A stretch of DNA of 64,000 nt from Phallusia mammillata (GCA_965637545.1 OZ281501.1:14074001-14138000); one strand, 5' to 3'; numbered from the stretch's first letter, positions 36,484 to 50,279 are shown. The notes: generated from the letters alone by a model not told the origin. A program made the numbers and translations.

Positions 36484-39400
36484 CTCTAAAGGCTGCTGCT
36501 TGCAAAGCTTGAACTGTTCGATTGAATAGTTTTATTGCAATCTATTTGGAACTCCCAAGCGTTTTTTATGATTTAACAACCCTATCACGTCTACATTCAT
36601 CAACAAAATGTGTAACACAAAGTCAAGAAGCAATCCTTAAAATTTACAAACTCGCAACACCTTGGTTCAGTAAAAAAACTCCCGAGTATTGAAAGTCTAC
36701 ACTAAAATTGAACTTCAAGTCTTTGCTGGTATAGAACTTTGTATACACCATAGCGCATAAACAAAAACTTCGTTGAACGCTTTTAAGCAACATAATGCAG
36801 ACAGCAGTGGTAACTTGCAAACCCAAACAAGCACAACATTTCTTTAAACATCAACTTTCGAATATGTTCTATTAACCTTTCACATTGCGGCAGTAACACT
36901 TCACACCACGCCTTAACTTTACCAAGCGCTTAAAAACTGTTAACCTAGGCACCAAAATCGTGCTCTTAATTCGGAACGCTTTGGACCATCCGCGCTGACT
37001 TGGTGACGTGTTTTCCGGCTTGACGTAATGTCAGAGTGCGGGGTAGATGCAGCAAGGCACACACGCACACACACAACCTTACGGCTAGGAAGTACCGTAT
37101 CCATATATACAATGTATCTATACTGGGTAAATTAATCGGTGTTTGGATATGTGGATTGTTTATATTATCCAATTAATTTACGCGGCTATACTAAACTCAA
37201 CAACAAAATAAGATAATAGGAAAGAGAAAGCAAAGGCCAAAGTGGTTGCACTGAAGTTTGACGTCAATCCAGAAAAGGTATCTGCATGCTGAACCCATGT
37301 CGTGACGCTATTTGGGCATACCTTGCACAAACAACTGTTCGGGTGTCGTGATGCCAAAATGTAACGTTACTTTAGCTGCGCTGCTGATCTTGGACCTAAA
37401 ATTTGTTTGTTATTTTGTAGTTTTAAGTCGTGCTTTTTGCAGATACTTGTTCGGTCTATTGCACAAAACTGGGCAAAAACTCAAAAAAATGTTTGTAAAT
37501 TCACCTCAGTTACGACTTACATATTTTATAGGTTGCAATTAGCATTATATGTCGAGTGTGCAGAAATGTTGCAAATTTCGTTTAGGAAAAACGCAAAACA
37601 CAGTACAACTAAAAAGTTTTAGTAAACGTATAAATAATTTCAGTCAACAACTTTTATAACTTGTAATTATTATTTAATAACTAATTCCTTGGTTAGCGCA
37701 TCTATAATTTGACCCTTCTTACGCATTTCACACTTATTCAAATTGCGTTATTTCTTTCACAGCATCGTCTGGTTTTTGGCGACATCTGTAATTTTGTGTT
37801 CCGTTTGAACGATGGAAAATAGCCATGATAAATTGTGTTGGCTACAATTTATTAGCATGATCGGCAGAAGGATGCTTAAGTTGGTTATGCTTAGAGTCCG
37901 CCATGTAGCAGTTTTCTTAAGCCCTTTTTTGTTCGTTTACTACGTGTTTTAAAACAGCACATATTATTTTCAGCAAAAATCTTTAAGCTCTTTGGCTAAT
38001 GTGACATAACTTCAATGCTCTAGGACTGTAGGTAACACATGAGGCGGAAATAGTATGCACTATGTACTTGCGTAGTGCAAAATGTTTTCTGTGGGCATAT
38101 AGCACGAAAAGCAGATTCAGGAAGTAAGAAAGTTTTCACAAATCATACCGAATTTTGACTTTACTGTTCACACGAAAGTAATTTTGCAAACACGTACAAA
38201 CATAAATGCATTAGACATGTTTCATCGTAAGGAAAGGCAAATCACGCATAAAGTTCTAACTCATTGAGGAACACAACGGTTAGGATATATTGCTCAAAAG
38301 TAACATCGTCGAGATGAAACGAGGCTCGTAATTTGATGACGAGACGTATGGATATTGCCTTTCCCAGATTCGTGGTTCCTTAAATAATTATTTAGCAAAA
38401 TACTGATTGCCTACATACGGTTATTTTCCATATAGAATGTTATAAAGAGAATTGTAAGTCGGACCAGGCTTTTAGCGTTGGTTTGAGTTTTTAAAATATG
38501 TTTTACAAAATCGGGGTAAAAAGAGTTTCAACTCAAATTTGCAACGTAATTTCTTTATTTTTTCCATGATTTGATGCGCATTGGGTTTGTGCATTTTAAA
38601 TTGTTGTATGAAGAACACTGATGCAAATAAAAAACAATGTCCTTTTAGCCACCCAAAAGTGCAAATCTGCATTTCACGGTTTAAAACTATTAAATGAAGC
38701 CATCATATAACGCTTCAAGCCCCTAAAATAGACACATGCAGCTTTAAACGACCCCTATGATTTGAGTAAACCCCGCCCTTTGATCTTTGGCATTACCGGA
38801 CCAGCAGACAATTAATTTCCTCCCCGAAATGCTTTGATTAATCACAACCCCGTCTCCCTTCTTACTCTTACTTCTGGCTTCACATTTCACGAACTGTAAA
38901 CGTGACTGCTGCTACGCACTGGGGGTCGTTGAAGCTACGCAAGAAAAAAAGAAATACGTTGGCCATTGTGACACGTGTATTCGAAGGTCACCGAATGCGT
39001 AATAACACATTTGCCTGCAGAAATGTGATGTTTTCTGCATAATAGCCTCGAGAAGCGACACTTTTGAAAGTCTGTTTTTTTACCTTTTATACCTTGATTT
39101 GTTTTCATTTCTACCTCACGCAAAACGGTCGCGATTGGTAATACCTCATAGCTTAAACGCAAGTTTTTTAATGAAGATTCGAATGCATGTAAATAAGAGC
39201 TACTTTCGGACAAAACACGTCTTACTGCGGTATCACAGTATTAACCGTCTGACTAAACAAACTCAACTCATCCCGCTACGTACTCGGAGCAACATGCTCG
39301 ATTTGAAACAAAAAAACAAAAGTTTTCTGAAGATTCTTCAAACAACAGGGAAACAAAATGTCATGTAACAGTTTCACAACTTTATAGTTTTAACTGCTAT

Positions 39401-41093
39401 CTATATAGCATGACATATTATCTATCACATCCGCTTTTGAAGCGCTACCCCATTGCGCAGGTACACCGTGCAAATTGTAATACAAGGTAGGCCGAGGTTT
39501 AGACACGCTGAAGTTGTTTGTTTTACGTCATCTTACAAGATTCGGAGAGGAAGCGGTGGAAACAATGCAGTTCTCTGTAACTAGGGGCAGGCATGGCTAG
39601 CAGGGTACTGATAACTCGGCACTCTTTAAAAGACACGATGTATGTACTTTGATAACAATTAACAAATCATATCGTGCAGTATAGCCGATGTAAAGCCTAT
39701 ATGTAGTGCTCTGAAATCAAGTTCACCTGATAATGCATCATGATGTGATGGTAATTGCACTTTACCAGTGCCAAAGTCGTTTACTTTCTAAAGGATATTT
39801 AACTTTCTAGAAGAAATGAACTTGCGTTTACGTGGGACAGTGGTCGCTTTCTCGCTACTATTTTGTTTTACTGACTAACTGTCAAAGTAACGTCAAACTT
39901 CCTGCCAATTTAAGTCAATTAGCCACCTGCTGTGAGTCAAAGGGTAAATCCACGACGTTAAAATAATAAAAATTGATTGCAAATTTTCATTGAAATGCAA
40001 TTGAAAATACTGATTTTTTTGGCTTATTACAAAAATGAAAGCCAATTCTGCGAATTTTCCTGTTTCGTGTTGACTGCAATACTATAGCCTACATCACCGC
40101 AATTGACAAAAATATCTGTGTGTTGTGTTTCAAGAAGGAAACAAGATGCAAAGCCGTTTTTGAATTCAATTTCGTGGTTGAATAATAAGTCTGGTCGGTA
40201 AGAAGACTGTGGTGCACACTGCACACAACAAAACAACGGCTGTATATAGCTCATGTTTGTCATGTACATTTACGTACGAAAAAAGGTAAAAGTAGGATGT
40301 TGGAATGGTCAGCTGCACTACTTGTTTGTACAACTACAATGTCCAAGATCTCCTCTCGAACTGCGTATCTAAAAATTTACGAAAATTCAGATTTGAAACA
40401 TTAGACCTAGTCTCCTGCTGCACTACGTTGACGCTCTGCGCAATGATTGAGGACAAATCTTGCATAATCATAATAATGTCGAAACAATTGCAGCACAACT
40501 GTGCATTGATTCTGCAGTTTTTACCTTTCCTCAAAACTATCAAACAGACAACTAAAATTAAAACATTTGCAGCAAATCAAATGAGATAGCAAGCTAGTAT
40601 TTTTCTAACTCCATCTAAGAAACCTTCAATAGGTTTTGGCGCGCAAATTGCGGGAAGCAATAGCATTCGGGATATGACGTCACTGTTCGATTGTTGTGAA
40701 ATCTCGTGATAAATTACTCGAATTGACAAGTTGATGGTTAAATAAAGGCCCGTAAACACTTTTTATCAGCATTGTTGCACCTCATATGCTTCGTTCACAC
40801 GAAATAAAGAGGAAATAAAAAACGTGCATTTAATCACAGCCAAGCAGTGGACTTATTGAAAACTGACTGATTGTTTACTCTTTAAATCATGCAAATTAAA
40901 TGATTTCAATTTTTAAACGTTAGGAAAATTTTAAAACCCTAAACATGCTACAAAAAAAAACACCCTGCATGGACATATTTTTTTCTTAAAAACGGGAATT
41001 TCCCCAATGTAGAAGGTAGGGTACTAAATCAAAACGAAAACAACATTTGTTTTTTTCGTCTTGCCCTTCTGGTAAAACTTAAAACGTACAGAA

Positions 41094-44000
41094 ATGCTTC
41101 GTGAAAATTTCGAAACGACCAAGACAGATATTAAAGGCATGTTTCAGTCCCTATCTAAATCACAAAGATTGGATGTGTTGGAGGCAATTTTCAGTTTGTG
41201 TGGGACATCAGAATTAACATATTTGTGCAGTGCGATAAATAGACTGCAAAAAAGAGATTTTATAAGGTTTGTTTTTTAAATGTTATGTATTGGTTCAACC
41301 ATGATGATTGCGATAATTTTGTGCAAAGTAACATCGTCTATTTGTAAGCTGCGAATATAGTTGAATATTACCTTATAAATAAAAATTTTAGACTTATGTA
41401 GCAATGTTTTGTTTTTAGTTTTCTACCTGCAGAAGTTGTAGAACTGATTTTCGGATTCTTGGATTTGAAAACTTTGTCTACATGTTGCCTTGTCAGCAAA
41501 TCATGGGACAGAAATGTTGAATCTTGTGAAACAATCTGGCAAAAAGCTTGTTCCAGACTAGGATGGGTATGTTAAATAGAGGTAAATAGTAATATGATTT
41601 TCCACAAAGCAGTTTGACACAGTATACACCATATTGGTGCATCAAGGAAATAAAGCAAAATATTTACATATCTTGCAAATCCATGGAAATGTAGTAAATA
41701 AAGGCAACATGCAGCCATGACTGGTTGGAACATTTCTCCCTCCCAAAATGGTTTTTTGCCCACTATGAGAAAAGAATCACCATACTTATTCCCAATATTG
41801 CAACTTTTGTTACTTAATCTTTAACCTATTTATATTTTGTGTATATTCCAACTAAAGTAAGTTACAATTTTTAAATCGTTTTGACAGGACAACCTTGGAT
41901 CGTCAACTTGGAAGCAGGCTTATGGGACTGCAAGAGAAACTTTAGCCGAAATACAAAATCCAACACACGTGAAGATAAACACTTTGCACTGTCATAAAAA
42001 TAAAGTCACTGCTGTTCTCAAATATGACAGCAAACTCAACTTAATGGCCACAGGTTATAAATGAAACCATAGCTGTAGAGATTGTAATTATTTTTAATTG
42101 TGACACATAAAAAAACCAACTTTATTGTCTAAACAAAACTTGTTATGAGTTTGCATCATCATATTTTGAAGTTTGGATTCAAAACTTTTTCGGAACTCTG
42201 TGCATGAACTTAAAACACAGTTTATTTTAAAAAAAGCTGTCATTACTATTGGAATTTACAAAAGGAATTTTATGAAAGGATTATGTTTATCTCATGTTGG
42301 ACAATTTTATCACAGCATTCATTTACATTCTTTTGCTTTGTAGCAATCACATTAATTGCACACAACAACTGTGCATTTACTGGCAATGTTTTGGACAGTT
42401 GGTAATGTAACAACCATTTACACTAGTTGGTTATTGTGTTGGGTACAAATTTTAAATGCAGTGTACCAAATGCCAAAAAATTAGTACTTAAAGATTTTCG
42501 TTTTTCTGGCACAATCCAATTATGATTTTTTATACAATCAAAGAGTATAAAACTGTTCCAAATTACCTATTTTCACAATGATTATTGATGCACAATTGGA
42601 ACTATATTACCCAATGAAATAAAGTGTCCCCAAGAGAAATGAACTGTGCACTACCCAAATGATTCAATTTTTTTTTTTTGCAGGATCAATTGAAGGAAAT
42701 GTGCAATTATGGGATCTTGACACAAACTTATGCATAAGATCAGTTGATACCCATTCATGTGCTGTCCTTGATTTTAATGAAGACATCCTATATACTGGTA
42801 CAATTTTACAGTTGAACAATCAGCTTATTGCGCCATAAAGCATGTTTTTTGGCTAATGTCATGGTTTTACATGACATGGTGTAATCACACTCACTTTCAA
42901 AATGCATTTTAACTGAATAGAAGTACTTATTGTCACAAATTTACAACATATATAAAAAAAATATTTTTGCTGCAGGCTCATATGACAACACAATTGCAAG
43001 TTGGAGATGGAAAGATGGATTGCTAGTTAGAAAATTTATCGGTCATACAGGTGCTGTGTTTTCCATCTCTATTTTTGAGTCTGAGAATATTTTGCTAAGT
43101 GGATCCTCGGATCAACTCGTTTATTTGTGGAATAAATCTACTGCCCAAATTCTTCAGGTATATTCAGGCCATCAAGGGTGGGTTTATCAGGCAAGTCCTT
43201 CACTATTTTACGTTATTTATGAGCTAATCTGATTTTAGCTCCACACATTGATACAACTAATTGTTTTGGATAGTATTGCCTATAAGGTTGTTGGTTCTCC
43301 CACCTGAGGAACATAATGCAAGAATCAACACAGAATTTGCACTTATTTTCCACATTAGGCAGACAGCTTAATGGTATAGTAAAAAAAGTAGAACCAAGCC
43401 AGATTTGGCTGGGCATAGATAAAAATAAAGAAACAACAGAAGTTACGGTACCATTCTACCCATTGCTTTGTGTATTTATTTCCATTGTGGGTGCTATGAA
43501 ATGTAATGAACTTTTACCAAAGCTTTCTTAAAAAAAATCAGACAAGATTCCTATTAGTTATATGTTTGATAACCCAATGAAATGAAACTCTTCCAGGTCA
43601 TTTTGCAAAGGTGTCTTGTTGCTTCCCCAAACCACTCACCAGGGGAAATTGTGAAGCTTTCATTGGATAAACATGACATTAGAGAATGGTTGAACACAGA
43701 AAAGAGTGTTGTGTTAAAAGATTCATCAAGTGAAAGCGACAAAACTATTAGCCGAATGACATTCAATGGCTCACAAATTGCGGCTTGCTGTGGCGAGCAT
43801 GTTTTAGTCTGGAACTTTTCTGATTATACACTAGCAAGGTACAGCTCTAATGACAAGCATCAACTGAAACATGTATAACAAAAGCAATACTGAAACAACT
43901 TAAAACATGTTGCTCCATATCGATAATTGATCCAGAACATTTTTTCATAAACATACAAAGCATTTATGGAAGTGGTGTGTTTCTTTGGTTTAATAAGGTT

Positions 44001-45411
44001 CAGAATTTAAATTCAGTTCCCAAAAACATCCTGTTTCTTTCCTTGATATTTTTTTTGGTGGTTTAAATCAGGGGTGTGCAACCTGCGGCCCGCGGGCCAA
44101 ATGCGGCCCTTTATTAAAGGTTGTGCGGCCCGCAGAGACGCTTGGATTTCAAATGTACTGGCAAATGAGTCCAACTGTTACATATTTTTGAGCAGATTAA
44201 TGCGCCCGATGCTATTTTTCTACGACCTGGCAATTTGTGGCTAGAATCAAATGCGAATTTACTTGTAGTTAAGCATATTTGGGAAGCAATAAAGAAAAAT
44301 AACCTTGTTTGACACACAGGTGCAGCCCGCGATCTAATTTTGGCAATGGTATTTGGCCCCACAGTAACAAAGGTTGCACACCCCTGGTTTAAATCAAACC
44401 TTTCGCCTTTTGCAATTTTTTAATTCCAACTCAAAAGAGCTTTTCTATCATAAAAAAGACTGTAAACTATCATTAGACCTACAACAAAAAATCTCTTGCT
44501 GTGATCAATTTTGGGGTTATGTATTGCATTCTTGACAAAATGAGGAAATAATTTTCATCATCTAATGAACTAGTAGTGCACTTATATATTTTAACTTTCT
44601 CTGTGTGTGTTTACAGACAAATTTGCATTGAACCTTCCTCAGTATGTGTTGGTGTTGGAAAAAACTGGATACTTTGTGTTAAAAACCATTCATTGCATCT
44701 GTTACCTGCAGTTTACAAACAGGTAAGAAATATGTTATTAAAATGTTGTGCAGTGAATGGCCTAAACACCAAATTGCCTGACATTTGGTTATGTCATGAC
44801 ACCATATTTAAAAAAAATGAAAAGTCCTCCAAATACTATTACTTGCAGTTTTTGATCTGCAGCAGCCTGTTTGTTGGTTTTGAATCAGAGCTTCCCAAAC
44901 CTTTGCGGATTTTGATTACATTTACTAACAAGGCTTGTCACATTTACCTCAAGTTCAGCGTCTATGTTTTGGACAATTATTCTTACTTCAGTGCTTCCTA
45001 AAATTTCATTATCATTTTTTAATTGTGTGATGCCATTGTTGGTAATTTTAGCTTTTTTTGAAAAGGGGGTAAATCAAATTTATCTGGTTATTTTGGTGGT
45101 TAACTATCTTTAAAAGATTAGGAACCACTGATATATTTAGATTGGCACATTTAGCTAAAAAACATGTGTTTATGTTGAAAAAAAGGTATGTCAATGTTCT
45201 TTGTTGCTAGGTTCAACCATTGGTCATTAAAAACAACATATTGACTCAATGGGATCTTCCTCACTATCACAAAACGAACCATGGAAACAATATGGCTATT
45301 GGACCAAGTTGTTGGTTGGATGGAAGAACTCCAGTGGATGGGCAAATGTTATTTGCAATAGGTGCACATGGAGGTTGTGTGTGCATTATGACATGGAGAG
45401 ACCATAAGTGA
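41094..45411 (+). CDS. FBXW2: F-box/WD repeat-containing protein 2, 8 exons, 454 aa
   Basis: Exons 41094-41266, 41419-41566, 41888-42053, 42684-42797, 42976-43190, 43597-43838, 44617-44722, 45211-45411; total 1365 nt. F-box KRDFISFLPAEV...TCCLVSKSW; WD40 motifs GSYDNTIASW, GHTGAVFS; FBXW2-type VILQRC..S..HSPG and C-terminal WDLPHY...WLDG...WRDH. Intron 5 is GC-AG. Confidence 0.93.
44069..44386. mobile_element. hAT MITE, 318 bp, in FBXW2 intron 6
   Basis: TIRs caggggtgtgcaacc / ggttgcacacccctg (perfect). TSD gtttaaat at 44061-44068 and 44387-44394. Confidence 0.95.
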
Positions 45412-46222
45412 GGATCTTTTTAAGATAAAAAGTAAAGGCCACTTCAAACCTGCCATAGGCGGTTATTACAGGGGTTGTTCATAGGACAAAACAATACAGT
45501 GAAAAAGTGCTTTGGATTTATGGACATGTGGCCCAAGGTCCAGCCTGTGGAGTTGTTGGTTGCATTTATATGCATTGAGATACTGTACTGAGTTCCTGAT
45601 ATGGTACTGGACAAAGTTAATATATCTGTCCCAACTTACCAGCCTATGGTGGTTCAGACTCTGTATGCAACTGAAGTAATGCTTTTGTACAGCTCACAAA
45701 CACTTATACCGCTCACAAAATGACAATACATGAAAGAAGGTGAAAAATTGCCACAGACCTAAACTAATCAATCACACATCCTCAAATTATAGCTCAATAT
45801 GTTATTATTGTAATTTTTTCATGACTCACATGACTCAAATTTAGAAGATGTGCAATGTGCAAAACAACAAGTATCCTTAAATGTCCTTTGTGCTCCCTAA
45901 TTTCTGCCATATGCATCAACTATTCCATACTTCAGTGGGATTATTTATGTAATTGTGTCTGTATTTAAATGTTCAGCTTTGGATATTTATTCTGTGGTAA
46001 ATGCTAGGCAAATACACCAATCAACTTCAGTTTCTCTGTATTGCAAATATTACATATCTAATTAGTTAGTCCATGCAATACATTGAAAGCTGCAGGTAAC
46101 ATGTTTGGCAAAAAATAGAAAGACAAAAATGAACAATTTGGCACAAATTATTGCCATGATTTTTAAACACCTAACAAAGGTAATTTGGCACAGTGTCTGC
46201 AAGTTGGCAACTAGAACAAAAA

Positions 46223-48818
46223 TCAACGGAATTTAACAGTTAGGTTTTGTGGGGGTGGGACAACTTGGCCCAGTCTACGTTGCTCAGAATTCGGAACTCT
46301 TGACCAATCTAGGGTTGTGTATTGCATTACTGATCTTCTGTGTTCCAAGTTGCGACGAATTTGTTTTCCCTGCAATAAATTTAGGTAAGTTTTGTTGATG
46401 AAAGTAGAAGTAATAAAGACCCATCGCAACTATTTTAAAGAAAATTTCAAATAGAAAGTGGTTTAAATACCCCTTATCAATTTCAAAATGACAACGACAT
46501 TCTAATTCATTGCTGGTTATTAACATGGACTATATGGCAACAATGAAAAAAAGAGAGTTTGCAATGAACTTTATGTGACTGGTATAACCCAGTGGTTCTT
46601 AACTTGTTGTCCATGAAGACTTGTTTGTGGCCAAAGCACATCCATTACATTTGCTTTCAAACTGGATGTATAGTTGCATATAGTTTATTGAATATCCAAT
46701 ACAGATTTTTTTATCCAAGTTAGTGTATATTTATTGTGAAATGTCAGTTGTTTTATTTCCATTCTTGAAATTCTTTTAAGTAAGTAAGTAAGTAATTTAT
46801 TTTGCGCGCTGTTTAAACGGCAGGGTGGCGAAAGACCCTAAGGTCACCTAATCAGCCACCCTCAATTTCAAAACAGGCAATCAAATGAATAAACAGAACA
46901 AAAAACAAACAAGGAAAAGATGAGAATCATCTATCGGAAAACTAGCATACATTTGAGCAAAAAACTAAATCGACAAGCAAATGTACTACAATTGTACAGA
47001 AGAAACCAAACTATTTTCAAAGAAATATATTTCAAGCCAATACGCTTGTTGTGGATTTTTACTTTATCCTTTCCCTAACAATGGACTGGTTTGAGAACCA
47101 TCGGTATAACCTAATATTTTGAGAGTTTACCTTTTCTCTGATTTTATCTCGGTGATTTTGGGGTGATACTGGTGTATAGGTTCTGATTGGTTTCTGCAAA
47201 GTGTGTAGAAGTGATGGATTGATGTCAGCTCTTCTTCCAAATGCCACAGATGCTCTGATTGCTTCATGATCAGCACAATGCACTTCTCTGGCCTGTTTTC
47301 TTTCACTTGGTGTCACAGCTGAAACAAAAACAGCTGTAACTTAATGTGTGTGTTAATACAATTATGTAGCTTTATTTCAAATGCAAACTTAAAGACAGTC
47401 TGTTAGCATGAAAAAAAATAACCAAATTAACACTCTTGAAAAAAATAATCACATTAAATAGATGTAGTTGCTACTAGTTCTATACACCCCATAAGTATGA
47501 GATAAGTGGAGATGAATAAACCCTTGCAAAAACTACCTTGTCGATCAAGCAGCTCCACAGAAGGAAGAGTGTGAATAACCAACAATCGATAACCAGGTTC
47601 TTGAGCCAAAGGATTGTCAAACAGATCTGTTCAAAACAATTCTATGTTAGTGTTTGAATCATTTAACAAAAGTACCAAGCATTAATGCAAAATTAGCCAA
47701 TGACGGAATGGTTGTAATCAATTAAAGTTTAAATTCTTCACCTTATTCCAGACAAATGGTGAAATAAAAGGCATTTAGGAGGAATAGAAATGCTTTGTCA
47801 TTCTAAATGCAGTCATGTGGGACTTTTGGTAAAGTTGGTAAACTTAAATGAGTTTGAGTTGAATTTATTTTTGCTTGTTAAAAGAAAACATAGCGACACA
47901 ATTGCACTAAAACAATCACCAAGTAATTATGGTATTTAGACAATCATGTAGCGTGGTTAATGTTATCCAGTTTTATACCCCCTGATTTTTAGCAAATTAC
48001 CAAAACTTCTCACTCAACACTTTTAAGGCTTGAAGTGGAATCAATTCTTGCAGAACTTCATGCAAACTTGCAAGTTGGTTCTTCTGCAGCATCAAGACTT
48101 GCATGTATCGCAAATGGGACAATGTGCCTTCAATCTCACAGATCTCATTGCATTGCAAATACAACTCAGTTATCCTAGAAATGCAAATATTCTACATGGT
48201 AATGATAGAATTCTCTTTTACTTCGTTGTTGTGAAACAACTTGAAATTGAGGGCAAAAGTGCAATTTCAACATGTTTATTGCTCTAACTGCAGCCAGAAC
48301 ACAAACAACAGTAACTTCAGAAAACAGCTATCTTTACACAGACTATTATTTGTGTTTTGATAAACGTCTTTTACAATGCATCCAAAACAAAGCCAAACGT
48401 GAATTTGGATTATTAGGACTGCATTGCCTTTTTCTGAAAAACTTAGAAAGCTGTACCTGAAGTTATCTTTTAGAAAAGATTGATGTGTTTGTTCTGTTAG
48501 GAGATGTCTGAGTTTGTTGGAGTTTAACCAAACTCTTTGCAACATGCGAAATCTTCCCAGGTTATTAATTGATGTTAGCTGTCTTTTTCCCAGGTACAAT
48601 TCAATGACATTGATGTTTTGCTTCACGTTTTGATTGTGCAGCAAAGTTGTGATTATCTAAAACAATCAGAGATAACATTGCACTTAAAAACACACATGTT
48701 ATAGTACTGACTACTGAGTATGGTACGTTTTACAAAAACGGTAAAACAGGAATAAAATCTAACATAGAAAAAGTAGCCTGTTAATTGTAATTCCTCAACA
48801 TACCTCATCAACGTTCAT
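46223..48818 (-). CDS. LRRC72: Leucine-rich repeat-containing protein 72, 6 exons, ~266 aa
   Basis: Exons 48818-48804, 48656-48457, 48174-48014, 47626-47537, 47318-47131, 46369-46223; total 801 nt. LRRs (ELYLGKRQL, VWLNSNKL, ITELYLQCNEI, LFDNPLAQ), LRRCT YRLLVIHTLPSVELLDRQ, SVAFG, RRSVMQYTTLDW, terminal LTVKFR-stop as recalled for LRRC72. Confidence 0.85.
46590..47103. mobile_element. hAT MITE, 514 bp, in the last LRRC72 intron
   Basis: Left TIR cagtggttcttaac; degenerate right TIR gtttgagaaccatcg. TSD gtataacc at 46582-46589 and 47104-47111. Confidence 0.8.
46778..46960 (-). mobile_element. 3' tail of a CR1/L2-type LINE (or its partner SINE) nested in the hAT MITE
   Basis: Minus strand: stem-loop (agggtggc 46822-46829 / gccaccct 46855-46862), then AATAAA, then a (TTAC)x4 tail at 46778-46793. 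5' boundary approximate. Confidence 0.6.
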
Positions 48819-48906
48819 GGTTGATTTCAAAATGGCAACGCATCAATCTTCCCGATGTACAAGTTGGTTTTGTTTGAAGAACAAACGAAGCGTCGTATTT
48901 CTCATC

Positions 48907-48920
48907 GTTACTATAGAAAC
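48907..48920. promoter_or_regulatory. RFX X-box in the LRRC72/roadblock divergent promoter
   Basis: GTTACTATAGAAAC matches the 14-bp consensus RTHNYYWTRRNRAC. Half-site GTTGCCAT on the minus strand at ~48832-48839. Confidence 0.65.
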
Positions 48921-49270
48921 CGTAAAGGCGACACCTACTGTCCGACTAAAAAAATCCAAAGTAGTTGAAATTTTGATTTAGGTGTACTCGGCTTCTAAGA
49001 TGCATTAAGCAAACGTTTTTTCTTTGTAAACACATTGTAAGATTTTAAATACTTATTAGTATTATAGCATTAGAGAAAAACGCATGTACAAAGTATTTTT
49101 GCTTTAAAGGGCCTTGGTTTTTTCAGTTGTTTTTGGTAATATGTGGTCAACAGTATTTTTATATGGTTTCTGTTTCTCAGTTGTTGCTAACGAGTTCGAC
49201 TGTTTAAAAACGCCATTCTTGTGTAGAAAAACTAGCTTGTTTATCCAGACAGCTAAAATACCTTGCAGAA

Positions 49271-49561
49271 ATGTCTGAAATCGAAGAAACCATAAAAAGA
49301 ATACAGTCTCATAAGGGCGTGATTGGAATTATTATTGTGAACAACGAAGGAATTCCAATTCGCACAACCTTGGACAATTCCACTACAGTTCAGTATGCGG
49401 GTCTTGTTCATCAGCTGACGATGAAAGCAAGAAGCACAGTTCGTGATATTGACCCTCAAAATGACCTCACTTTTCTTCGACTTCGTTCCAAGAAGCATGA
49501 GATCATGGTTGCACCTGACAAAGATTACTTGCTCATTACCATCCAAAATCCCAGCGAGTGA
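49271..49561 (+). CDS. DYNLRB: Dynein light chain roadblock type, 96 aa, intronless CDS
   Basis: [19 protein letters not shown]...[20 protein letters not shown]...[35 protein letters not shown] is near-identical to the roadblock family. Paralogue 1 versus 2 cannot be assigned. Confidence 0.97.
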   Translation: MSEIEETIKRIQSHKGVIGIIIVNNEGIPIRTTLDNSTTVQYAGLVHQLTMKARSTVRDIDPQNDLTFLRLRSKKHEIMVAPDKDYLLITIQNPSE

Positions 49562-50279
49562 CAATGTACTGCTTTAAAAGATTTTATGACTGAAATTTGA
49601 AATGCTGTTTGTTGTGTTTTTTATTACTTTGATTGATTTGTTACATATATCTTTAGTGGCACATACTGCTACAATTGGTCTTGATATCATCTGGTACAAT
49701 TACAAAACCTCTGTATTTTTCAATGGCTAAAATTACTTTGAGTTTCTTTGTGGATCTAATGCTACAAAATTAATTCAACTTGTCATTGTTTGCTGTCATT
49801 TGCAAGTGTTTTGATTGATAAATGTGTTTGTATCCTATAAACCTTGTTATTGTTGTTCACATTTGTAGTTGTCACTTATGACATTTTGTTTTACTAAAGT
49901 AGGAACTGTCAAATACTTTGATTGTTAATAAGTGCACCAGTAAATGATGGAAAATGGGTGAGAAATCTATAATAAAAGTAAGTTCCATTTTTCAAATACA
50001 AACCTGTTTTAAGCATGTTAGATAGATTGATTGGCTTTTTGAGGTTAATTATAGAGTTGTTGCTTTTGCAGGTACTGTGGATTTCAAATGAAAATGTTCT
50101 GTGTGGATTCATTTTAACATCTTATACTTAAAGATTTGCCCACAAGATGACATTTAAGTAACAAAGGGAATGAATTTGATGTATGTATCATCATGAAGAG
50201 TTTTGTATGTTCGATATAGTTTTCTAAGAATAATCGATACCAAAATGTTTGTCAGAACTTTTTTATAGTGATAAAATCT

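Noticed and set aside
40994-41003. kB decamer GGGAATTTCC upstream of FBXW2
   Set aside because: Single motif; a chance occurrence in 64 kb is plausible.
44886-45130. Pair of hAT-like ends in FBXW2 intron 7
   Set aside because: Flanking 8-mers (ttttgaat / atatattt) do not match; boundaries unsupported.
49253-49564. 103-aa minus-strand ORF
   Set aside because: Antisense shadow of the roadblock CDS.
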